A stretch of 64,000 nt of DNA from Dehalococcoidia bacterium. GTDB taxonomy: Bacteria; Chloroflexota; Dehalococcoidia; Plut-88900. The translations under genes and the position numbers were made by a program. The notes beneath the pieces were generated by a model. That model saw nothing but the letters and a program-made list of their open reading frames with translations. It had not been told where the DNA came from and did not search any database. The stretch spans positions 280,095 to 344,094 of the forward strand of contig OZ240221.1 in NCBI GenBank assembly GCA_965197675.1, written 5' to 3'. Below are positions 28,941 to 36,808 of the stretch, in pieces (within the stretch, counting starts at the first letter, position 1; each line of letters opens with the position of its first letter).

Positions 28941-30035
28941 CTATTCATCACCATGATGCGGACTGGATTGATTGACTGGGAAAACCGCCATGGGAGCGGT
29001 TGTAGTGGGGATTAGCTCCACTTTAGTTCCCACAGGATAGACTGCACCGGAGGGTTGAGTGCTCCGAACAGTAGCACCCGAGGCAACTCTAATGGTGTAG
29101 AGGTTTTGAGATCCCTTGAACTCCCTCTCGATGATCCTACCCACTCCTGCTTCACTGGGCTGAATGTGGATGTCGTCGGGGTTCACCATGGCGAGAACCT
29201 CCGAGGGTAACTGATGATTACCGAGGTATGGGAATCTTCCCGCTTCAGTGATAACCTCCTCGCCCTCCAATCGAGCCGGAATCACGCTGGCGTGGCAGAC
29301 AAAGGTGGCCACGAAGGGTGTTGCCGGTCGATGATACAGCTCTTCTGAGCTTCCTATCTGCTCTAATCTCCCTCGATTTAAGATGGCCACGTTATCGGCG
29401 AAGGAGAGGGCGTCCTCATGGTCGTGGGTGACGAGAATACTGGTGGCCTCCTGCTGACGGAGGATGTTGTGGACTTCTCGCCTCATTTGGTCTCGCATGT
29501 CAGTGTCCAAATTACTGAAAGGTTCATCCAGCATTATCACCACAGGATCAGGGGCCAAGGCTCGACCCAATGCCACGCGCTGTTGTTGACCTCCGGATAG
29601 CTGATGAGGATAGCGGTGGGCGAACTCCTGCATATCTATCAGCCTCAAGGTCTCTTCAAGGAGAAGCTTTCGCGTATCCGGATCTCTGTCCTTCAGCCCG
29701 AAGGTTAAATTCTTAGCTACCGTGAGATGAGGAAACAGGGCGTAGTCCTGGAACACCATGGTGACGCCTCTCTTCTCTGGAGGCACCATTCTCTTCTTGG
29801 ACGATACACTCTGTCCTCTAAGCAAGACTTCACCATCATCCGGGCTTTCGAATCCTGCAATGAGTCTAAGGGTAGTGGTCTTGCCACAGCCACTGGGGCC
29901 CAGTATGGCCAGTATCTCTCCTTCAGACAGGCTGAAGCTCAGCTGGTCCACCGCCGGAACCGTATCGCCGGGATAGGTCTTAGTGACGTTCTTGAGCTCC
30001 AAGACTGAGGTGGAGTTCTCGGATTGAGGCGTCAT
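28941..30035 (-). CDS. fbpC: Fe3+ ABC transporter ATP-binding subunit
   Basis: GPSGCGKTT, LSGGQQQRV, DEPFSNLD, TOBE tail. Confidence 0.88.
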   Translation of the reverse strand: MTPQSENSTSVLELKNVTKTYPGDTVPAVDQLSFSLSEGEILAILGPSGCGKTTTLRLIAGFESPDDGEVLLRGQSVSSKKRMVPPEKRGVTMVFQDYALFPHLTVAKNLTFGLKDRDPDTRKLLLEETLRLIDMQEFAHRYPHQLSGGQQQRVALGRALAPDPVVIMLDEPFSNLDTDMRDQMRREVHNILRQQEATSILVTHDHEDALSFADNVAILNRGRLEQIGSSEELYHRPATPFVATFVCHASVIPARLEGEEVITEAGRFPYLGNHQLPSEVLAMVNPDDIHIQPSEAGVGRIIEREFKGSQNLYTIRVASGATVRSTQPSGAVYPVGTKVELIPTTTAPMAVFPVNQSSPHHGDE

Positions 30036-30128
30036 GACACCTTCGATTTTCCTCGCTGCTACAGGTCAGGATAGCACTGTAGTGGGCAACAGTTCAACAA
30101 GGAATGTATTGACAAGGGGATGTATGCT

Positions 30129-31769
30129 CTACTGCCTGGTTTCTCGAAGTGTTAGAATCCCCATAGGCACCGAGGAGAGGATTATGAGAAGTAGGGCGGG
30201 AAATGCCGCCTCGGCGAAAAACGCCGCTTCAGCGGACCCCCATATAGACGTGGCCAGCGTCTTGAAACCGATGGGACCGAGAATCAACGTGGCGGGCAGC
30301 TCCTTCATCGTTATCAGAAAGACCAGCGCTGCACCCGCCAATAGACCTGGCTGGACCAGTGGTAGGGTTACGTGCCGCAAAGTTCGCAACGGAGAGAGGC
30401 CTAACCCTCGTGAAGCCTCCTCCACTCTGGGGTTTACTTGAAGCAGAGAAGCACGAACTGCACCCACCGCAGGAGGGAGGAACAGCACTACGTAAGCAAA
30501 GAGCAGCAGTACCACAGTCTGGTAAAAAGCCGGGGCATAGTTAGCCCCGAAGAACACCAGAGCCAGGGCAACCACCACTCCTGGCAAGGCGAAGCCCATG
30601 TAGCTGATCCGCTCGATTAACACAGCAAATCGCCCAGGATACCTGACGCTAAGTATGGCGATGGGAAGCCCCAACAACACGCAAGCTACAGCGGCCAAGG
30701 AGGACACGTACAGGGAGTTGGCGGCGGCACCCCATACGGGGCTTAAACTCTCGCCGGCCTGTACACCTCTTACGACCCAATAGAGCAGAGTGCCGAGGGG
30801 TGCTGCAAGACTAAGCAACACAATGGAAGAACAGAAGCCCAAAGCAGGCCACTTCCATCTCCCCAGAGCGATAGCCCCGGCCGGTTTGGGTCCACCAGTC
30901 CCACTGAGGAAGTATTGAGAGGAGCTTCGAGTTCGCCCCTCTCCTATAAGGAAAAACAGCGCTATCGCCACCAGGACCAGGGACAGGCCGGCGGACACAT
31001 CTCGGTCAAAGGCCGATTCGAACTGGATGTATATTGCCCAAGTGAAAGTCTCGTACTGGAGCAGTGACACCGCCCCGAAATCGCTTAGGGTGTACAATGC
31101 CACCAGCAATGACCCCACCGCGACCGCAGGACGAAGAAGAGGCCACGTAACATGCCTAAAGGTCTCCCACCCGTTGTATCCAAGACCCCTTGCCGTCTCT
31201 TCTGCTCTCGGATCCAGTCCTTTTATGGCGCCTCGTACAGGCAGCAACACGTAAGGGTAGCTGAGTAGCGTTAGAGTGAAAGCAGCTCCCCAGAAGCCGT
31301 GGATGTCCGGAATCCGCTGAACCCCGAACAGCGTCTCCAGCAATCCCTGCAACATCCCCTTAGGTGATAGGGCAGCAACTACGACGAACCCCCCTATGAA
31401 GCTGGGGATAACCAGAGGAAGGGCCGTCAGGACAGACCAAACCCTACGAAGGGGCAGGTCCGTCCTGACAGTTAGCCACGCCGTAGGTACTGCTATGGCG
31501 ATGCAGCCGAGAGTAACAGCTGCAACCAGTAAGGCAGAGCGGCTTAGAATAGCTGCAGTCTGTTCCCGCCAAAGAATGTCCCATATGTTCGCGTCGGCAC
31601 CTAAGGACCTCAGTACTAGATATACTAAAGGCAGGGCCATCGCCCCGGACACAAGCACAGCCGGCACCCATACTGTCGAGGGTGGTCGGGGATAAAAGCC
31701 GGACCACCAGTGGCTTATCGCTGCAAGGGTCATGCCTCTGCCTTGCCCCTCAAGGCCAGTCAAGCTCAT
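30129..31769 (-). CDS. fbpB: Fe3+ ABC transporter permease (duplicated)
   Basis: Two EAA loops (EETARGLG, EEASRGLG), SDFGA, MKELPATL. Confidence 0.88.
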   Translation of the reverse strand: MSLTGLEGQGRGMTLAAISHWWSGFYPRPPSTVWVPAVLVSGAMALPLVYLVLRSLGADANIWDILWREQTAAILSRSALLVAAVTLGCIAIAVPTAWLTVRTDLPLRRVWSVLTALPLVIPSFIGGFVVVAALSPKGMLQGLLETLFGVQRIPDIHGFWGAAFTLTLLSYPYVLLPVRGAIKGLDPRAEETARGLGYNGWETFRHVTWPLLRPAVAVGSLLVALYTLSDFGAVSLLQYETFTWAIYIQFESAFDRDVSAGLSLVLVAIALFFLIGEGRTRSSSQYFLSGTGGPKPAGAIALGRWKWPALGFCSSIVLLSLAAPLGTLLYWVVRGVQAGESLSPVWGAAANSLYVSSLAAVACVLLGLPIAILSVRYPGRFAVLIERISYMGFALPGVVVALALVFFGANYAPAFYQTVVLLLFAYVVLFLPPAVGAVRASLLQVNPRVEEASRGLGLSPLRTLRHVTLPLVQPGLLAGAALVFLITMKELPATLILGPIGFKTLATSIWGSAEAAFFAEAAFPALLLIILSSVPMGILTLRETRQ

Positions 31770-31775
31770 GTAGTT

Positions 31776-32843
31776 CTAGGGCAATACTCCAGTTTCCCTG
31801 AGCAGTTCCAGGGTACCTTCAAGATCCGACAGTTGAGAAAGGTCCACGTCTGGGACTTGGAGCTCTGAAAGGGGTGTTAGGAGGGGGTGAACATTCACTC
31901 CTTCCACCATTGGATACTCAAAGGTGCGGCTGACAAAGTACTGCTGCGCCACAGTCGATAACATGAACTCCAGAAATCTCTCAGCCGCAGGCTTGTTTCC
32001 CGACGTATCAAGAATGCCGGCGCCAGCCGCCAGTATGGTGGCGCCTACATCCCCACCTTTGGGATAGTAGTTTCGTGCTGAAAAGTCCTCACCCTCTTCA
32101 GCAATGAATCGGAAGAGGTAGTAGTGGTTCACAAAACCCAGGTCAATTTCGCCCCGCCCCACCGCGTCCACGATGGGGGTGTTCTTGGGGTAATCTTTGA
32201 CATCGTTGGCCTTGATGCCTTCCAGCCACTGTCTAGCCGCTTCCTCGCCCTCAATCTTTCTCAAGGCGGTTACGAAGGCCTGGAAGGAGCCGTTAAGAGG
32301 AGCCCAACCTATACGGCCCTTCCACTTGGGATCAGTAAAATCCAGGATGGAGTCGGGTAGATCTTCTTCGCTCAGTACATCAGTATTGTAAACCACTACT
32401 CTTGAGCGTCCGGATATGCCAACCCACCTCCCCTCTCGAGAGCGAAGCTGCGATGGGACCTTGTCCAGTATGTCATTGGGCAGAACTACCAATCTGTCCT
32501 GTAATGCCCCCAAAGCACCGGGGTCCGACCCGAAAAAGATGTCAGCAGGGCTGTTGTTGCCCTCTTCTTGGATGGTAGCCACCAACTCCGCGTTCTTGCC
32601 ATATTTGACTCCAACATCGATACCCGCGGCTTGCTTGAACTGTTCTATTATCGGCCCGATAAGATTTTCTTCCCTTCCCGAATATATGGTCAGACTCCCC
32701 CCAACTTGCGGCGTAGGTGTCGCTAAAGCTGACGTAGGCGTGGAGGGCACAGGTGTGGGAGTATCATCATCACCACATGCACTGGCCACCATCATGGCAA
32801 TGAAAAGTAACGAAATCCCCGCTAGTAACAATTTCCTGTTCAA
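31776..32843 (-). CDS. fbpA: Fe3+ ABC transporter substrate-binding lipoprotein (FbpA/FutA type)
   Basis: Lipobox VASAC, YSGREE, SPAD, NHYY tyrosine iron ligands, FEYP. Confidence 0.9.
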   Translation of the reverse strand: MNRKLLLAGISLLFIAMMVASACGDDDTPTPVPSTPTSALATPTPQVGGSLTIYSGREENLIGPIIEQFKQAAGIDVGVKYGKNAELVATIQEEGNNSPADIFFGSDPGALGALQDRLVVLPNDILDKVPSQLRSREGRWVGISGRSRVVVYNTDVLSEEDLPDSILDFTDPKWKGRIGWAPLNGSFQAFVTALRKIEGEEAARQWLEGIKANDVKDYPKNTPIVDAVGRGEIDLGFVNHYYLFRFIAEEGEDFSARNYYPKGGDVGATILAAGAGILDTSGNKPAAERFLEFMLSTVAQQYFVSRTFEYPMVEGVNVHPLLTPLSELQVPDVDLSQLSDLEGTLELLRETGVLP

Positions 32844-32881
32844 TTCTGCCTTTCCTCCTTTACTGTCCTATCTGTTTCTCC

Positions 32882-33373
32882 TTAACAGGTCTTGTCCAGT
32901 CGCTCGAATGCATCACGGAATGCCTTGGGTATCGTCGATGGGCTAGTCGCACCCGACGTATCCTGCTTCTGTTCCTCGTATGATGAAGCCATTGATTCTT
33001 AATCATAGAAATTGATGGGGAGTGCACAATGAAGAGCAAACGCTAACAGCTCCCCGCAATTGCCAGATACGCAATAGATATCCCCACTTTTGTCCAGGAC
33101 CATATAGGACGTTTGCTTCACATCTTTATTACACACGATGTCGATGGACGAGATGGTAGCCCCCAAGGCCCGAACGGTATTAGCGTAAGCCCTGTATAAA
33201 CCGCAGCGCCCACTACGCCCCGCGACCTGTTGTACCAGTGCTACGGCTTCTCTAGAGTGGAGTTGAAGGTAAAAGTGGTCGGAACCCTTCTTTGATTTGA
33301 ATACGACGGTGACCTTGCTGGGGAAACGCCACTCGAGAACCTTTTCTATTTTGACCTCCTGCACGTCAACCAT
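32882..33373 (-). pseudogene. Divergent DUF151/bifunctional-nuclease-like gene with an in-frame TAA
   Basis: EA.AL..., LGATISSI.I, LLAFAL...LPI pattern; after TAA (32999-33001) the frame continues ESMASS...PKAFRDAFERLDKTC to 32882. Confidence 0.55.
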
Positions 33374-33390
33374 TCCTTTCTATCCGCCTT

Positions 33391-33861
33391 TTACTCGGGA
33401 ATCTGCTGGGCAAGGTAGTTTGCCTCACCCACCTGGTTGATCAGGCTGAGTTGGGATTCGTGCCAATTGATAGACTGTTCTACACCTTCAAGAAGCTCTT
33501 TTAACAACTCACGACTACCGTTGTCGCTGAGACTAGCGCACAACTCAATTCCCTGGTTAAGGGCCTGGGCAGCTGATAGTTCCAAATCCAGGTTAAGTCG
33601 AATCTGTTCAGGAACCGTCTCTCCAACGGCCACCTTGCCGATTCTCTGTATATTAGGTAATCCCTCTAAATAGAGAATCCTCTCTATCAGTTTCTCCGCG
33701 TGGTTCATCTCGTCGAGCGACTCGGCCCGCAACTTTTTCCACAACCGCATATAGCCCCAGTTCTCGCACATCTTGGCATGGATGAAGTATTGGTTTATCG
33801 CTGTAAGCTCGGTGGTAAGAATCTTGTTCAGAAACTCGACGATCTGGTCTCTCTCCTTCAA
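33391..33861 (-). CDS. bfr: Bacterioferritin (atypical ferroxidase centre)
   Basis: ELTAINQYFIH, DEMNHA, ERILYLEGLPN, NYLAQQI. Confidence 0.93.
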   Translation of the reverse strand: MKERDQIVEFLNKILTTELTAINQYFIHAKMCENWGYMRLWKKLRAESLDEMNHAEKLIERILYLEGLPNIQRIGKVAVGETVPEQIRLNLDLELSAAQALNQGIELCASLSDNGSRELLKELLEGVEQSINWHESQLSLINQVGEANYLAQQIPE

Positions 33862-34073
33862 CGGCTGACCTCCAATACTTGCTGATGAACTTCCTGACTT
33901 TGGTACGTCACCCTCTCGTTGTCATGAATCATTTGATGAATGGTGGAGTGACAACTGCCACAGCATTGCCCTGCACCGCAAAGATCCGCTACCTTCTTTA
34001 CCGAAGAAGCTCCTTGAGCAATGACTGCGAGAATCTCCTTTTCTGATACTCGACAGCAGACACACACGATCAA
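33858..34073 (-). CDS. bfd: Bacterioferritin-associated ferredoxin
   Basis: MIVCVC...GAGQCCGSC [2Fe-2S] motif; overlaps the bfr start. Confidence 0.9.
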   Translation of the reverse strand: MIVCVCCRVSEKEILAVIAQGASSVKKVADLCGAGQCCGSCHSTIHQMIHDNERVTYQSQEVHQQVLEVSR

Positions 34074-34242
34074 GGCTTGTATACCTCCCTTGGCTCTATC
34101 AACGATCTAAGCTTCACAACCAGGACCTCCTCCCTACCTATCAGCCTCTGCATTCAATGTTTTTCTACTTTACCTTTCGTTTAACTATCGATGAGGGTGT
34201 TTAATTTACGTCGTATCAAATGTCACTGCTGTGCTATAATAA

Positions 34243-34377
34243 TTCGGTCGAACGAAACAACCAATAATCATTGTTTAGCTGAGATGAAATTAGAAACTTA
34301 GTATAGGGTAATAATTTAGTTTGTCAATACTTTTTTGAGCTATTTTGAACCATTGGCTTCGAATTCGTATTGACTAA
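34243..34377. promoter_or_regulatory. AT-rich divergent control region: bfd promoter and DtxR-like boxes
   Basis: Minus TTGACA(34322-34327)-16 nt-TATACT(34300-34305); TT(A/C)G-N6-..AA 14-mers at 34243, 34275, 34298, 34364. Confidence 0.55.
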
Positions 34378-34421
34378 TTTTATGATATATCGGATACGAA
34401 TAATTCAATCGGGGTAGACAA

Positions 34422-35105
34422 ATGCGAAAGCCGGCCAAACCGAGATCAGTGGCGTCGGATGATTTCCTGACCACCATATTTAGATTCGTGGAGCAGGACA
34501 GGCCAGCCATTTCGGCTAGATTAGCCGAGGCGTTGGGGATATCTGCTGCTACTGCTTTCGGTACAGTGAAACGGATGGCTCGAGACGGGCTAGTGAAACT
34601 CTCGCCCAACAAGGAGATAACTCTTACCCCCGCTGGGAACGAGATCGCCGAAAACGTAATCAGACGGCACCGATTGGCCGAAAGGTTTCTCACCGATATT
34701 CTGAAGTTCAAATGGCACGTGGCATACTCTGAAGCTCATCGGCTAGAGCATGGGATGTCGTCAGAGGTTGCTGATAAGTTGGCCGAAACTCTAGGTAATC
34801 CGAGCAACTGTCCTCACGGGTACCCGATCCCTGGGAGTGAAGGCTACGCACAGGAGCAAGGTCTCCGACGGAGCCTCAAGCCCCTGGACAAGATCCCTGA
34901 AGGAGACATCGTTGAGGTGGAACGTGTACCGGAGGATAACGGAGAGCTGCTTCAGTACCTGGACGAGCACAACGTTTCTCCAACCTGGACTGTAAAGGTA
35001 ACCGAGGTGGCAGATTTCAAGGGCACGAGGACCCTGGAGCTAGATGGTCACCAGATAGTTATCAGCGCGGACACCGCTGCTCAGATCCTCGTCAAACCTT
35101 CCTGA
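34422..35105 (+). CDS. DtxR/IdeR/MntR-family metal-dependent repressor with FeoA domain
   Basis: RRHRLAERFL, EAHRLEH, CPHGYPIP, C-terminal SH3/FeoA. Confidence 0.93.
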   Translation: MRKPAKPRSVASDDFLTTIFRFVEQDRPAISARLAEALGISAATAFGTVKRMARDGLVKLSPNKEITLTPAGNEIAENVIRRHRLAERFLTDILKFKWHVAYSEAHRLEHGMSSEVADKLAETLGNPSNCPHGYPIPGSEGYAQEQGLRRSLKPLDKIPEGDIVEVERVPEDNGELLQYLDEHNVSPTWTVKVTEVADFKGTRTLELDGHQIVISADTAAQILVKPS

Positions 35106-35193
35106 TTATCTGCATCTCCTGAACTGTGTTGAATAGTATGCAAGCGAGTGATAGAGGGAACTTTCTCAGAGGCTCGATAGCTGTTAAGCGTTC

Positions 35194-36798
35194 ATGCCCA
35201 GATTAACGTTCTATGGCGGGGTTCTCCAGATAGGGGGAAACAAAATCCTTCTTGAGGATGGAGACACTCGCCTCTTTCTCGACTTTGGTACGTCCTTTGC
35301 CGATAAGGCCCTGTTCTACGAGGAGTACCTCAACCCTCGACCTGGTTTCGGACTGCTCGATCCCATCACTATGGGCCTGCTACCACTGCTCAGAGGGTTA
35401 TATAGAGAAGATATGGAACAGGCTTCACCTAATCTCTGGGACGAGTTGAAAGGGGCCCAGGGTTACCGAGACATGAGAGATGTCGAGATTCAAGGCGTCC
35501 TCCTCTCCCATGCCCACCTCGACCACACCGGCCACCTCTCCTTTTTGCGATGCGATATACCTATATTTGGACTGGCCACCACCGCCTTCATATCCAAGTC
35601 CATTCAGGACAGCGGGCAGTCGAACTTCGAGACCGAGGTGGTGTACGCTGTTCCCAGGGAGCTGACCGATGCAGGATTGTTGAGATCGGCCAACTGGAAA
35701 CAGGCTCCTGCATTGCAAAGACCGTTTAACCTTTTCGACCTCTCTCAAATAACTTCAAAGGGGCATTCCTTCTGGCAGAGCACCCCCAGCGCCCGTGATC
35801 TGGATCCAGTGTCCCTGGGTCCAGGTGATTCCTTGGGGAATCTGGAGATCAGGTGCTATCCGGTAGATCACTCCATACCTGGCGCTGCCGCCTATGCCAT
35901 CAAGACATCGGCGGGTTGGGTAGGTTACACAGGTGACCTCAGGCTTCACGGAGGCCAGCGAGAGCTAACACAAAGGTTCATCCAAGAGCTGGCAAACCTC
36001 AAGCCCATCGCTCTTATCTGCGAGGGGACTCGAGCAGTCGATGAAGACATCAACTCCGACAACTATACGGAAGCCGACGTGGAGGATAGGGCTCTTCAGG
36101 AGATTCGGCAGAGCAGAGGTCTAGTGATAGCCGACTTTGGGCCAAGGAATGTGGAGCGGCTCCAGACCTTTGCCAGAATTGCGCGGGAAACAGGCCGAGG
36201 ACTGGTGATAATGCCAAGAGATGCCTATCTGCTGAAGGCGGCCCATTTTGCCGACTCTGAGATTCCCTCTGTGGCAGACCTTCCGGACACGTCGGTCTAT
36301 GAAGACCCAAAGTCCCAGCTAAACAATTGGGAGAAGGGAATAAGGGAAGGGTATAGTGAGAGGCTCGTCTCACCCAGCCAAATTCGCGAGCGTCAGAACG
36401 AGTACATTTTGTGCTTCAGCTTCTATGACCTGAACGATCTCCCCAGCATTCGCCCTCAAAAGGGAAGTCTGTATCTCTACTCGTCACACGAAGCTTTCAA
36501 CGAGGAGCTGGAACTGGACTTCCATAGACTCCGCAACTGGATAGAGCACTTCGACATGAGGAGGGTGGGCCTTCCGCTGAAGGAGCTGGATTGGGAAGTT
36601 CCACCGGGTGAACAAGGGCTGCATGCCTCGGGTCATGCCAGCCCACACGACCTTCTCGACGTGGTCAATAACATCTCTCCTGAGAAGCTGATTCCCGTCC
36701 ATACCCAGAATCCACAGTTCTTTGAGAGGGGCCTGGCCGAAACAGGCATTAGCATCGACACCCCCACCAACAAGGGCTCATATATAGAGCTGGGTTAA
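35194..36798 (+). CDS. Metallo-beta-lactamase/beta-CASP nuclease, RNase J-like
   Basis: IGGNKILL..DFG, SHAHLDH, VDHSIPG, YTGDLR.HG, CEGT, HASGH, IPVHT. Confidence 0.88.
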   Translation: MPRLTFYGGVLQIGGNKILLEDGDTRLFLDFGTSFADKALFYEEYLNPRPGFGLLDPITMGLLPLLRGLYREDMEQASPNLWDELKGAQGYRDMRDVEIQGVLLSHAHLDHTGHLSFLRCDIPIFGLATTAFISKSIQDSGQSNFETEVVYAVPRELTDAGLLRSANWKQAPALQRPFNLFDLSQITSKGHSFWQSTPSARDLDPVSLGPGDSLGNLEIRCYPVDHSIPGAAAYAIKTSAGWVGYTGDLRLHGGQRELTQRFIQELANLKPIALICEGTRAVDEDINSDNYTEADVEDRALQEIRQSRGLVIADFGPRNVERLQTFARIARETGRGLVIMPRDAYLLKAAHFADSEIPSVADLPDTSVYEDPKSQLNNWEKGIREGYSERLVSPSQIRERQNEYILCFSFYDLNDLPSIRPQKGSLYLYSSHEAFNEELELDFHRLRNWIEHFDMRRVGLPLKELDWEVPPGEQGLHASGHASPHDLLDVVNNISPEKLIPVHTQNPQFFERGLAETGISIDTPTNKGSYIELG

Positions 36799-36808
36799 CG
36801 GGTACCCC

